Below are positions 1 through 8,555 of a stretch of DNA of 64,000 nt, in pieces; the first letter of the stretch is position 1, and every line of letters starts with the position of its first letter. The notes beneath the pieces are model-generated. The model worked only from the letters and a program-made list of their open reading frames with translations. It made no database searches and had not been told where the DNA came from. The DNA comes from Candidatus Latescibacterota bacterium (GTDB taxonomy: Bacteria; Latescibacterota; UBA2968; UBA8231). Location: contig OZ241889.1 in the NCBI GenBank assembly GCA_965203355.1, positions 1,728,001-1,792,000 on the forward strand. The letters are read 5' to 3'. The position numbers and the translations under genes are program-made.

Positions 1-1498
1 CGCCTGCGAGCTGGACCTCCTCGGCGTCAGCACCCAAGTCGAGGTCTGCCGCGTCAACGGCCTGAAACTCCTTGTCGGCGAATTTTTGTAGGCCGTGAAC
101 CACCCACTCATCGACCGGCTCGTCCATGTAGAGCACTTCCAAGCTGCGCTTGCGAAAGGTCTCCAACAGCGGACTCTGAGCGATGGATTCCTTGCTCTCG
201 CCGGCTAGGTAGTAAATTTTTTCTTGCTCGCTCTGCATTCGGTCGATATAGGTCTGCAGGGAGACGTAGGTGTCGACGTCGTCTTCCAGCGAGGAGTGAA
301 AGCGCAAGAGCTTGGCCAGCGCCCCCTTGTGCTCGCCATCCATGGCTACCCCTTCCTTGAGCAAGGCGCCGTAAGCGCGCCAGAACGTCAGGTACTGGTC
401 GTCGTCCCGTTTGGCCATGCCCTCGATCATGCCGACGATCCGCCGCACCAAGGTGGCGCGAATTTTGGCGATGATCGGGTTTTGTTGCAGGGTCTCGCGC
501 GAAACATTGAGCGGCAGGTCGTCGCAGTCGACCACCCCGCGCACAAAGCGCAGCCACAGCGGCAGCAGGTCCTTGCAGTCGTCTTGGATGAAGACCCGCT
601 TGACGTGTAGATTGAGCGAGACTTTCGGCTCTGAATTGACTTGCCACGGCATCGGCGAGTGCTGGGGAATGTAGAGTACGGCGTAAAACTGAATCGGCAC
701 ATCGACGATTACGTGCTCGTGCGCCAACGGCTCATCCGGGTCGCCGGTTAGATGCGTGTAGAATTCGCGGTACTGCGCGTCGGTGATTTCGTTGCGCGGC
801 CGGGTCCACAGCGCGGCGGTGTCGTTGACCTGCTTGCTGGCGACCTTGATCGGATAGGACACAAAGTCGGAGTGCTTGCGGATAATCGCTTCTAATCGGT
901 GGGCGTCGAGGAATTCCTCGCAGTCCGAGCGGATGTAGAGCTTGATTTCCGTGCCCCGGTCCGCTTTGTCGGCATGGGCCAACGCGTACGTGCCATCGCC
1001 GGTGGATTCCCACAGCACGGCCTCGGCATCTGGGTCGGCCGAGCGCGTGGTAAGCACCACTCGGTTGGCGACCATGAAGACCGAGTAAAAGCCCACCCCG
1101 AATTGGCCGATTAGCTTGAGCTTTTCTTGCTCGTCATCGGCATCGGCTAGTTGTTTGGCAAATTCGGCCGAGCCGGAGCGGGCGATGGTGCCGATGTTGT
1201 TTTCGACCTCGGCGCGCGTCATGCCGATCCCCCGGTCGCGGATCGTCAGGGTCTTGTTGCTGCTCGACACCTCGATCTCCAGGTCCAATTCGGCGTCTGG
1301 GTCGCGGATGTTGCGGTCGGTCAGCGAGCGATGGTGGATTTTGTCCAGCGCGTCCGAGGCGTTGGAAATCAGCTCGCGCAAGAAAATTTCTTTTTGGGTG
1401 TACAGCGAGTGAACCAACAGGTGGAGGAGCTGTTGGACCTCGGTTTGGAAGGCCCGTTTTTCAACGTGCGGGCCTTCGGTTTGGGCGTCTGCGGACAT
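1..1498 (-). CDS. htpG: Chaperone HtpG (Hsp90), runs off the window start
   Basis: Manual translation from ATG at 1498: MSADAQTEGPHVEKRAFQTEVQQLLHLLVHSLYTQKEIFLRELISNASDALDK, later IGQFGVGFYS; absent from the ORF track because no stop is inside the window. Confidence 0.95.
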   Translation of the reverse strand, partial: MSADAQTEGPHVEKRAFQTEVQQLLHLLVHSLYTQKEIFLRELISNASDALDKIHHRSLTDRNIRDPDAELDLEIEVSSSNKTLTIRDRGIGMTRAEVENNIGTIARSGSAEFAKQLADADDEQEKLKLIGQFGVGFYSVFMVANRVVLTTRSADPDAEAVLWESTGDGTYALAHADKADRGTEIKLYIRSDCEEFLDAHRLEAIIRKHSDFVSYPIKVASKQVNDTAALWTRPRNEITDAQYREFYTHLTGDPDEPLAHEHVIVDVPIQFYAVLYIPQHSPMPWQVNSEPKVSLNLHVKRVFIQDDCKDLLPLWLRFVRGVVDCDDLPLNVSRETLQQNPIIAKIRATLVRRIVGMIEGMAKRDDDQYLTFWRAYGALLKEGVAMDGEHKGALAKLLRFHSSLEDDVDTYVSLQTYIDRMQSEQEKIYYLAGESKESIAQSPLLETFRKRSLEVLYMDEPVDEWVVHGLQKFADKEFQAVDAADLDLGADAEEVQLAG

Positions 1499-1617
1499 CG
1501 CGTTGCGGCTCCTTTGGCATGGCATTGACAAAGCTAAATAAGGTAAGGAAGATCACTTGCAAAGCAAATTCGCCCGCGCCCTTGTAGCGCGGACCGGACG
1601 GGCTATTTTCTGGCCAC

Positions 1618-2859
1618 ATGCAAACGTACGATCTCATCATCGTCGGTGGGGGGCCGGCTGGTGCCACAGCCGCGTTGTATGCAGAGCGCCACGGGCTGGC
1701 GGCTCTGTTGCTGGACAAGCAGTGCTTCCCCCGCGACAAGGTCTGCGGCGACGCCCTCTCCGGCAAGACGGTGGCCATCCTCCACGAGTTGGGGCTGTTT
1801 GAGGAAGTGGGCGCTCTGCCTGGGGCGGCCATTGCCCGCATTGTCTTCGGCAGCCCAGACGCAACCGCTGCTTCCATCGACCTGAGTCGCTACGACCTGC
1901 ACAATGCCCTGACGGGTCGGGTGCTGCCGATGGAGGGTTTTGTCATCCGCCGCGCGGTTTTCGACGACTTTCTCTTTGCAAAAGCGCAGGCCGCGGCCGC
2001 CCACACCTTAGCGGGTTTTGCCGTGCGCGAGCTGCTGAGAGACGGCGAGCAGGTCTGCGGGGTGCGGGGGCGTAGCGCGGACGGCACGCACTTAGAGTTT
2101 TGTGCGCCCTTGGTGTTGGGGTGCGATGGCTTCAACTCGGTCGTCGCCCGCCAGAGCGGGTTGTACCGCCACGAAGGCCGCGATTGGATGGTCGCTTTGC
2201 GGCAATACTTCGAGGGCGTAGCGGGCCTGAGCGATCAGATCGAATTGCACTTTATAGACGAAGTGCGGCCCGGATATTTTTGGATATTTCCGCTAGAGGG
2301 CAACCGCGCCAATGTGGGCATCGGCATGGACCATCGAGACATCAAAGCACGCGGCATCGATCTCAAGGACGCGCTGGCCGCCGCGGTGGCCAGCGCGACC
2401 TTTGGTGCCCGCTTCCGCGACGCCCGCCCCCTCGAAGCTCCAGTCGGCTGGAATTTGCCGGTTGGATCGCGGCGGCGACCAGCGCACGGCAATGGCTTTC
2501 TGCTTTTGGGCGACGCAGCCGGGCTGATCGATCCGTTCACGGGCGAGGGCATTGGCAATGCCCTGTACTCGGCCCGCTTTGCCGCGGAGACGGCGGCTCA
2601 AGCCCGGGCGGCGGGCGATTATTCGGCTGGCTTTTTGCGCCGCTATGAAGATCGGCTGTGGGACGCGCTGGGCAGCGAGCTAAAGCTGAGCACCAAGCTG
2701 CACCATTTGGGCCGCTGGCCCTACCTGATGAACTTGGTCCTTCGCAAGGCCGCCAACAAGGCCGAGGTCAGCGACCTGATCTGCGGCATGATGGCCGACG
2801 CCGTGCCGCGCAAGATGCTGACGAATCCGCTGTTTTACCTCCGGCTGCTGTGGAAATAG
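1618..2859 (+). CDS. Geranylgeranyl reductase family FAD-dependent oxidoreductase
   Basis: GGGPAG FAD motif, FPRDKVCGD, GYFWIFP, GDAAGLIDPFTGEGI. Confidence 0.9.
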   Translation: MQTYDLIIVGGGPAGATAALYAERHGLAALLLDKQCFPRDKVCGDALSGKTVAILHELGLFEEVGALPGAAIARIVFGSPDATAASIDLSRYDLHNALTGRVLPMEGFVIRRAVFDDFLFAKAQAAAAHTLAGFAVRELLRDGEQVCGVRGRSADGTHLEFCAPLVLGCDGFNSVVARQSGLYRHEGRDWMVALRQYFEGVAGLSDQIELHFIDEVRPGYFWIFPLEGNRANVGIGMDHRDIKARGIDLKDALAAAVASATFGARFRDARPLEAPVGWNLPVGSRRRPAHGNGFLLLGDAAGLIDPFTGEGIGNALYSARFAAETAAQARAAGDYSAGFLRRYEDRLWDALGSELKLSTKLHHLGRWPYLMNLVLRKAANKAEVSDLICGMMADAVPRKMLTNPLFYLRLLWK

Positions 2860-2877
2860 GCGTTAGATCGTCGTGGG

Positions 2878-2943
2878 AAGATTCCCGCCAGCGACCTCGC
2901 TGTGGCGCGATCTAGACTAACGATACTCCGGGAGGCACGATGA
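2878..2943 (+). pseudogene. C-terminal remnant of a RelE/HigB (Gp49-like) toxin
   Basis: Reads KIPASDLAVARSRLTILREAR*, resembling the KTPxxDLxLAxxR end of this family; its TGA overlaps the antitoxin ATG (ATGA). Confidence 0.65.
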
Positions 2944-3218
2944 AAAAACATGTCGGTAGCGATTTTGATGAGTTCCTCGCAGGTGAGGAACTGCTCAGTG
3001 AAGCAGAGGCAACGGCTGTGAAGCGCGTTATTGCCTATCAGTTGAGTCAGTTCATGGAGGAAAACAAGCTGTCCAAATCGGCGATGGCCAAGCGCATGCA
3101 AACCAGTCGATCGGCGCTGGATCGCCTGCTTGATGAGTCCAATCCCTCTGTAACGTTACAGACCATGGACCGCGCAGCGCGGGCACTGGGCAAAAAGCTC
3201 CGCATCGAGCTAAGCTGA
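2940..3218 (+). CDS. XRE-family HTH protein, HigA-like antitoxin
   Basis: 92 aa, HVGSDFDEFL N-terminus, HTH segment SKSAMAKRMQTSRSALDRLLD, SVTLQT; RBS ggaggc. Confidence 0.85.
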   Translation: MKKHVGSDFDEFLAGEELLSEAEATAVKRVIAYQLSQFMEENKLSKSAMAKRMQTSRSALDRLLDESNPSVTLQTMDRAARALGKKLRIELS

Positions 3219-3302
3219 TTGCGCTTGGCGATCAGCCACTGACCACTGACCACTGACCACTGACCACTGTATCCGCATCGAGCTGAGCTGATTGCGCTTG
3301 GC
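3199..3302 (+). repeat. 31-bp direct duplication of the antitoxin 3' end (3199-3229 and 3272-3302) bracketing a heptamer tract
   Basis: tccgcatcgagct(a/g)agctgattgcgcttggc, 30/31 identical. Confidence 0.92.
3235..3269 (-). repeat. Heptamer tandem repeat (CAGTGGT)4-CAGTGGC
   Basis: Directly visible as (ccactga)n; identical 35-mer at 8233-8267 on the + strand. Confidence 0.95.
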
Positions 3303-3319
3303 TGCTGTGGCAGTAGGCG

Positions 3320-4126
3320 TTAGATCGTCGTCGCCAAAAATCCCCCGTCGACGCGGATATCCGAGCCGGTGACGAAACCGCTGGCCGCGCTCGAGGCGAG
3401 GAACACCGCTGCGCCGACCAGTTCCTCCGGGCGGCCAAAGCGGTTCATGGGGGTGTGGGAGAGGATTTGTTGGCCGCGCTCGGTCGGGGTACCGTCGTTT
3501 TCAAAGAGCAAGCGGCGGTTTTGCTCGGCCGGGAAAAAGCCCGGAGTGATGGAGTTGACCCGCACGCCTTTGTCGGCCCACTCCCGCGCGAGGAATTGCG
3601 TTAGATTCAAAACGGCTGCTTTGGCCGCGGAGTACGCCACCACCCGCGAAACCGGCAGGTGGGCGGCGACCGAGGCGATGTTGATGATGCTGCCCCGGCC
3701 CCGGGCGACCATGGCCGCGCCGAATTCTTGGCAGGGCAACAGCGCACCAGCCCCCAAGTTCAAGTCGAAACAACGCTGCCAATCGTCGGTTGCTATCGCG
3801 GCAAACTCTAGATCGTCGTTTAGGGTTACTTGTGGCTGATTACCGCCCGCGGCGTTGAGTAGCACGCCGACGGGACCCAATGCCACGCCGACCGCTTCGT
3901 GGGCGGCGTTGAGCGACGCCTTGTCCGTGGCGTCGCAGGCCGCAAAAACGCCCGTGCCGCCTGCGGCCTCTATCGCCGCTACGCGCTGGTGCCCCCGGTC
4001 GCGGTCGCGTCCCAATACCGCTACCGAGGCGCCGGCCGCGGCCAATCCCTCGGCCATCGCTCCGCCCAATACGCCGGTGCCACCGATGACTACGGCTACC
4101 TCGCCGTGCAAAATCCCTTGACTCAT
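3320..4126 (-). CDS. SDR oxidoreductase (D-mannonate oxidoreductase / gluconate 5-dehydrogenase-like)
   Basis: GGTGVLG, NAAGGN, YSAAK catalytic motif, PGFFPAEQNR; probable ATG at 4126. Confidence 0.88.
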   Translation of the reverse strand: MSQGILHGEVAVVIGGTGVLGGAMAEGLAAAGASVAVLGRDRDRGHQRVAAIEAAGGTGVFAACDATDKASLNAAHEAVGVALGPVGVLLNAAGGNQPQVTLNDDLEFAAIATDDWQRCFDLNLGAGALLPCQEFGAAMVARGRGSIINIASVAAHLPVSRVVAYSAAKAAVLNLTQFLAREWADKGVRVNSITPGFFPAEQNRRLLFENDGTPTERGQQILSHTPMNRFGRPEELVGAAVFLASSAASGFVTGSDIRVDGGFLATTI

Positions 4127-4127
4127 T

Positions 4128-4835
4128 TCAATACCCCAGTGCTTTAGATAATAGTCCAATAGTGCCGCCGAACACATTGCCCCAGACGATTAGCCAGCCG
4201 AGGTGTGCGCGGATTACTTCCTCCATCATCTCCTTGACGCGGTTGGGCGTCAACTCCGCTAGCTTGGCCTCTAGCAGCCCGTCAATCTGCGCCCGCATTG
4301 CTCCGACTTCCGTACCCGCTCCGCGCGCCAAAAGCGGCCCGAGCTCGCTCCCGAACCCGAGCGCGAACTGCTTGACCAACGGCTTGACCGCCTGCGTCCC
4401 CACCAACTGGAGCATCATGCCTTGCGGCGATTCCGCCAACTCTTCGAGCTTGCGGTCGATGATTGCGTCAACCTCGGCGGAGGCTAGCGCCTTTTGCACC
4501 TTTGCTTCCACGTCGTCTCCGGCCATCCGCTCGGCGAAGAATCGCTCGAGGTACTCCTCGTCGAAGAAGTAGCGCATGATGGCGTCTTTGACCGCTTCGC
4601 GGATCGCGCGAAATCGCGCCGGGATCACCCCGGACCCGTATAGCAGGGGGACGCGGTCGAAGAGCATCTTTACGGCCAACCAGTTGGTCGCGCCGCCGGC
4701 AAAGCCAAACAACCCAACCGCTAGCACCCATTCGCTGCCATTGATTCCCGCCACGCGCCCCCAGAGGCCGGCCGCCAACAGGGCGAACGAAATCAAGTTG
4801 CTGACGTGGCCCTTTTCCCAACGCGATTTTGTCAT
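4128..4835 (-). CDS. DUF445-like membrane protein
   Basis: GGATNWLAVKMLF, GSGVIP, HLGWLIVWGNVFGG; probable ATG at 4835. Confidence 0.8.
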   Translation of the reverse strand: MTKSRWEKGHVSNLISFALLAAGLWGRVAGINGSEWVLAVGLFGFAGGATNWLAVKMLFDRVPLLYGSGVIPARFRAIREAVKDAIMRYFFDEEYLERFFAERMAGDDVEAKVQKALASAEVDAIIDRKLEELAESPQGMMLQLVGTQAVKPLVKQFALGFGSELGPLLARGAGTEVGAMRAQIDGLLEAKLAELTPNRVKEMMEEVIRAHLGWLIVWGNVFGGTIGLLSKALGY

Positions 4836-4840
4836 TGAAC

Positions 4841-5935
4841 TTACCGCGCTGTTTTCGTCTTCTGATTGTCCGCGTGCCGCTCGAGTGCCAACTGGACCAA
4901 TCGGTCGATCAACGCGCCGTAGCTCACGCCGCTCGCCTCCCACAGTTTGGGATACATGCTGATGGGCGTAAACCCCGGCATGGTGTTGATCTCGTTGACG
5001 AAAATCGCCTCGTCGCTTTCGCGCACGAAGAAGTCCACCCGCGCCAATCCCCAGGCTTCCACGGCCTGAAAGGCCCGGAGGCCCAACGCGCGCACGGCCT
5101 CTTGGGTAGCGGGCGAGATGCGAGCTGGAATGATCAGCGCGGAATTATCGTCGATGTATTTGGCGTTGTAGTCGTAAAAGTCGTTGCCCGGCACGATCTC
5201 GCCGGCGATGGACGCGGCGGGCGACTCGTTGCCCAAAATCGCCACCTCGACCTCGCGGCAGCCGCTCGCTTCGGCCTCGACCGCGATCTTGTAGTCGTAT
5301 TGCGCTGCTTCGTCGATGGCCTGCTCCAACTCGGCGCGATCGCGGGCTCTGCTCACGCCGACGCTCGAACCGAGATTCGCCGGCTTGACGAAGACGGGAT
5401 AGTCCAGCGCGGCTTCGATTTCGGCGCGCACCCCGGCGCGGTCTTTTTCCCAACGGCTGCGCCGCACCACTTGGTAGGCCACCTGCGGTAGGCCTTCGGC
5501 TTTGAAAACCCGCTTCATCATCTCCTTGTCCATGCCTACGGCCGAGCCGACGACGCCGGCCCCCACATAGGCAATGTTGGCCAGTTCCATCAGGCCCTGC
5601 ACGGTGCCGTCCTCGCCGTAAGGGCCGTGAAGGAGCGGGAAGATCACGTCGAGCGGTTGGTCCGGCCCGTCGCCTTGCCGCGCCACGAGCGAGCGCGTCC
5701 CCAGATAGTCGAGTGCCACGGGCGTTAGCCCGTCTTCGCGGACCTGACTGGACGCCAGAAGTTGCTGCGTGTCCGCGGCCGACAGCCAGCGTCCTTCCTT
5801 GGAGATGCCGATCATCACCAGTTCGTACTGGTCCTCGTCGATGGCTTCCAACATTGAGCGCGCCGAAATCACCGAGACCTCGTGTTCGGCCGAGCGCCCG
5901 CCGCAGAGCACACCGAGGCGTATCTTGCGACCCAT
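4841..5935 (-). CDS. ddl: D-alanine--D-alanine ligase
   Basis: GGRSAEHEVS, LHGPYGEDG, KPANLGSSVG, NEINTMPGFT. Confidence 0.97.
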   Translation of the reverse strand: MGRKIRLGVLCGGRSAEHEVSVISARSMLEAIDEDQYELVMIGISKEGRWLSAADTQQLLASSQVREDGLTPVALDYLGTRSLVARQGDGPDQPLDVIFPLLHGPYGEDGTVQGLMELANIAYVGAGVVGSAVGMDKEMMKRVFKAEGLPQVAYQVVRRSRWEKDRAGVRAEIEAALDYPVFVKPANLGSSVGVSRARDRAELEQAIDEAAQYDYKIAVEAEASGCREVEVAILGNESPAASIAGEIVPGNDFYDYNAKYIDDNSALIIPARISPATQEAVRALGLRAFQAVEAWGLARVDFFVRESDEAIFVNEINTMPGFTPISMYPKLWEASGVSYGALIDRLVQLALERHADNQKTKTAR

Positions 5936-6098
5936 GTATTGCTGTTCCTTCGGTTAAGTTGCGCGTATAATGCCTCTGCCAAAATATAGAAGGGCGGCTG
6001 AAGACTGTCGAGCAACAGCAACTTGCCCCGGCAGCGCACATTGTGTATTTCTTCCGGCGTTCTCGTGCGCTGAGCCTACTTCAAAGGAGCGAATTGCC

Positions 6099-6929
6099 GT
6101 GAAATACCGCTACGCTGAAATGATTTGGAACGAGACCCGGGACGCCGCGGCCGCGGGTCGCGTCGCCGTGTTGCCCGTTGCCACCCACGAAGACCACGGC
6201 CCGCATCTGCCGGTGGATACGGACGTAGTGCTGTGCCACGGCATTTGCGAGCGCGCCGTGGCCCGCATCCCAGCGGAGGCCGTACTCGCTCCGCCCGTCA
6301 CCCACGGCTACAGCCCGCACCACATGGATTTCCACGGCACCCTGACCATTGCGTGGGACACCTTTATCCGCTACGTCAAGGACGTGTGTTGCAGCTTGGC
6401 CCACCACGGCTTTGAGCGCATCCTCATCGTCAATGGGCACGGCTCCAACACCTCGCCGCTCGACCTAGCAGCCCGCCTCACCGTCCTCGAATACGAAGGC
6501 CAGATCCTTTGTGCTTCGGTCAATCACTGGGACATACGCCGCGTCAAGACCGTGGGTAGCCAACTGCGAGACTCGGACTACGGCGGCACCTCGCACGCTG
6601 GCGAATACGAGACCTCGCTTTACTTGGCGCTCAAGCCGGAACTCGTCGAAATGGACAAGGCCGTCGCCGAGCGCTCGCCCTTGTCGCCGAGCTTCCGCAC
6701 CGATTTGTTGGCCGGTACGCATCCCGAGGGATCGGGTGCGCGGCTGATACCGTACTGGAGCCAGCAGACGGCCAGCGGCGTACTGGGCGACGCGACGAAG
6801 GCCACCCGGGAAAAGGGCGAGAAATTTTTAGCAGCGGCGACTGAGGGGCTTGTAGAGCTAATCCGCGAACTGAAGAATCAGCCGATCCTGCCGCGCCGCG
6901 ATCAGCATGGCCGCGAAGCGCGTGTTTGA
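6099..6929 (+). CDS. Creatininase family amidohydrolase
   Basis: EDHGPHLPVDTD, SPHHMDF, NGHGSN, HAGEYETS; GTG start after aaggag. Confidence 0.9.
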   Translation: MKYRYAEMIWNETRDAAAAGRVAVLPVATHEDHGPHLPVDTDVVLCHGICERAVARIPAEAVLAPPVTHGYSPHHMDFHGTLTIAWDTFIRYVKDVCCSLAHHGFERILIVNGHGSNTSPLDLAARLTVLEYEGQILCASVNHWDIRRVKTVGSQLRDSDYGGTSHAGEYETSLYLALKPELVEMDKAVAERSPLSPSFRTDLLAGTHPEGSGARLIPYWSQQTASGVLGDATKATREKGEKFLAAATEGLVELIRELKNQPILPRRDQHGREARV

Positions 6930-6943
6930 ATGAGGAGCTTCTA

Positions 6944-7672
6944 ATGACCCCTCGAGAAATCCTCGCCGAGCTGAAAAACTTCGACACGCCTTCCATTACC
7001 AATGTCGTCGCCACCTATCCGGGCGATCCTTTGTGCTTGGGGCTGTACAATCCCTGGAGCGAAAACTGGTACACCGATCAGTCGCTGCGCTGCATGTATC
7101 CCGAGCTCGGCCCTACGGTCGGCTACGCGGTCACTTGTACCTACGGTCTGCCCGACCCCAATTACAGCGGCGTTAGCTTCATGGACGTTCTCGATGCCCT
7201 CGACGCCTCGCCCAAGCCGACGATATTGGTCTTCGAGCAGAAGTTTCCGCCCGAAATCCGGGACAAGGTCGGCCTGGCCGGCGGCAACATGACCACGGCC
7301 ATGCAGGCCATTGGCTGCGTTGGCGCGATTTCCAACGGTCCCTCGCGCGACATCGACGAGATTCGCCCGATGAAGTTCCAGTACTTGCTCAGCGGCGTCA
7401 CCGCTGGTCACGGTGCCCAAGCCGTCCACGCGGTCAACGTGCCCGTCTCGGTCGCTGGCATGGATGTGGCCCCCGGCGAGATCGTCCACATGGATGAAAA
7501 CGGCGCCGTGAAATTCCCCGCCGACAAACTCAGCGCGGTGTTGGAAAACGTCTGCGCCCTGCAAAAACACGAGACCGAGCGCATGGCCCAGATGCGCCAA
7601 GCCACCTCCGCGGCCGAACTGCGGGCCATCTTCGGCGGCCACTCGTACGGCGACGATGGCGAGGAATCGTGA
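6944..7672 (+). CDS. RraA / HMG-aldolase family protein
   Basis: FDTPSITN, VGYAVT, SRDIDEI, PGEIVHMDENG; ATG after gaggag. Confidence 0.85.
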   Translation: MTPREILAELKNFDTPSITNVVATYPGDPLCLGLYNPWSENWYTDQSLRCMYPELGPTVGYAVTCTYGLPDPNYSGVSFMDVLDALDASPKPTILVFEQKFPPEIRDKVGLAGGNMTTAMQAIGCVGAISNGPSRDIDEIRPMKFQYLLSGVTAGHGAQAVHAVNVPVSVAGMDVAPGEIVHMDENGAVKFPADKLSAVLENVCALQKHETERMAQMRQATSAAELRAIFGGHSYGDDGEES

Positions 7673-7678
7673 GTCGAG

Positions 7679-7844
7679 GTAGGGGTGGGTGAAGCTCTCC
7701 ACAAAATCGGGTCGTGGTACGTTCTGAAACGTAGCTTTACTCCCGTTGAACGGATCGCCCCGGCTCGGCCTGAACCCCGGCGACCCAAGCCCGCCCTCAA
7801 CCGTACCGCGACAATTGGAGATTTCAAGACGTACCACGACCTAC
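7679..7844 (-). mobile_element. Structured non-autonomous repeat (MITE/REPIN-like), copy 1
   Basis: Perfect 13-bp inverted repeat 7710-7722/7829-7841; outer GTAGG...CCTAC; homologous in reverse orientation to 41109-41249. Confidence 0.7.
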
Positions 7845-7846
7845 AT

Positions 7847-7873
7847 TTGACAAACTTTTAACTGTTGTATAAT
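7847..7873 (+). promoter_or_regulatory. Candidate sigma70 promoter upstream of the giant secreted protein leader
   Basis: TTGACA (7847-7852) and TATAAT (7868-7873), both consensus, but spacer is only 15 nt. Confidence 0.45.
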
Positions 7874-8067
7874 CATTAGATATGAAATTCACAGCGCACA
7901 ACGGCGCGTTTGGGTATAAAACCTCCGCCGCTTGCGGCATTCTTAATCGGATTAACAGGACATGGGCACAACGTCAATAGCACAAAGAACGCCCTCGCCG
8001 GGAGCGGTGCTTGATGCGATAGCGGTGCCTTGTTCTACGCTTGCGATAACGCCGAGTTCTAATCGTC

Positions 8068-8112
8068 ATAAATCGTTAAAAAACAATGATTTATCCCCCC
8101 CCCCCCCCCCCC
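8068..8112. repeat. 10-bp inverted repeat with 7-bp spacer abutting an 18-nt poly-C tract
   Basis: ataaatcgtt-aaaaaac-aatgatttat (8068-8094), then C18 (8095-8112). Confidence 0.85.
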
Positions 8113-8232
8113 GAATTTTCTTGGGCATTAAGCCCTAGCTTCACTCACCAACCTATTTGCCTCGCTCCCCTTCCTCTACGGAAGCGGGAAACGGCCTTAT
8201 TCTGCCCGGCCGCGTCGGTAAGCCCCGCTGAC

Positions 8233-8267
8233 CAGTGGTCAGTGGTCAGTGGTCAGTGGTCAGTGGC
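8233..8267 (+). repeat. Heptamer tandem repeat (CAGTGGT)4-CAGTGGC
   Basis: Directly visible; identical to the reverse complement of 3235-3269. Confidence 0.95.
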
Positions 8268-8368
8268 CACCCATCCACATCACAAACGAAATCCCTTCTC
8301 GGTAGCCTCGCGGTTATCGGCCGGCGACGGCGTAGCCCTTCTCGCCGCGCGGGATTCGTCTTGCTCAA

Positions 8369-8485
8369 CGGTAGCAAAAATGCAAGAACACAACGGCTTA
8401 GTGATAACCAACGAAGCCTTGAAAATGTCTAACAGATCATCAGTTTCGGTAGCAAAGACGCAAGAACGCAGCGGCTTAGTGATAA
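8369..8485 (+). repeat. 39-bp direct repeat pair (8369-8407 and 8447-8485) separated by 39 bp
   Basis: cggtagcaaa(a/g)a(t/c)gcaagaac(a/g)ca(a/g)cggcttagtgataa, 35/39 identical. Confidence 0.9.
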
Positions 8486-8555
8486 GGCTAAGTCCGTTTT
8501 CTTCTATCCCTTCCCTTTCGCCCTTGGGCGATGCTTTCCTTACGGAGGTTGAATA

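Larger units (their letters stand above)
2843..3331 (+). repeat. 32-bp direct duplication (2843-2874 and 3300-3331) bracketing the toxin-antitoxin insert
   Basis: ggctgctgtggaaataggcgttagatcgtcgt vs ggctgctgtggcagtaggcgttagatcgtcgt, 30/32 identical; spans the junction of two convergent gene ends. Confidence 0.9.

Noticed and set aside
1515-1538. CIRCE element upstream of htpG
   Set aside because: ttggca-N12-agctaa has the wrong spacing and lacks the CTC/GAG inner bases of TTAGCACTC-N9-GAGTGCTAA
2862-3325. Integron cassette bounded by GTTAGAT core sites
   Set aside because: Both GTTAGAT motifs are part of the duplicated SDR stop-codon region; no inverse core, attC stem or integrase found
8369-8485. 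Mini CRISPR array (39-bp repeat, 39-bp spacer)
   Set aside because: Only two copies, four mismatches, no palindrome or typical repeat end, and no cas genes in the window
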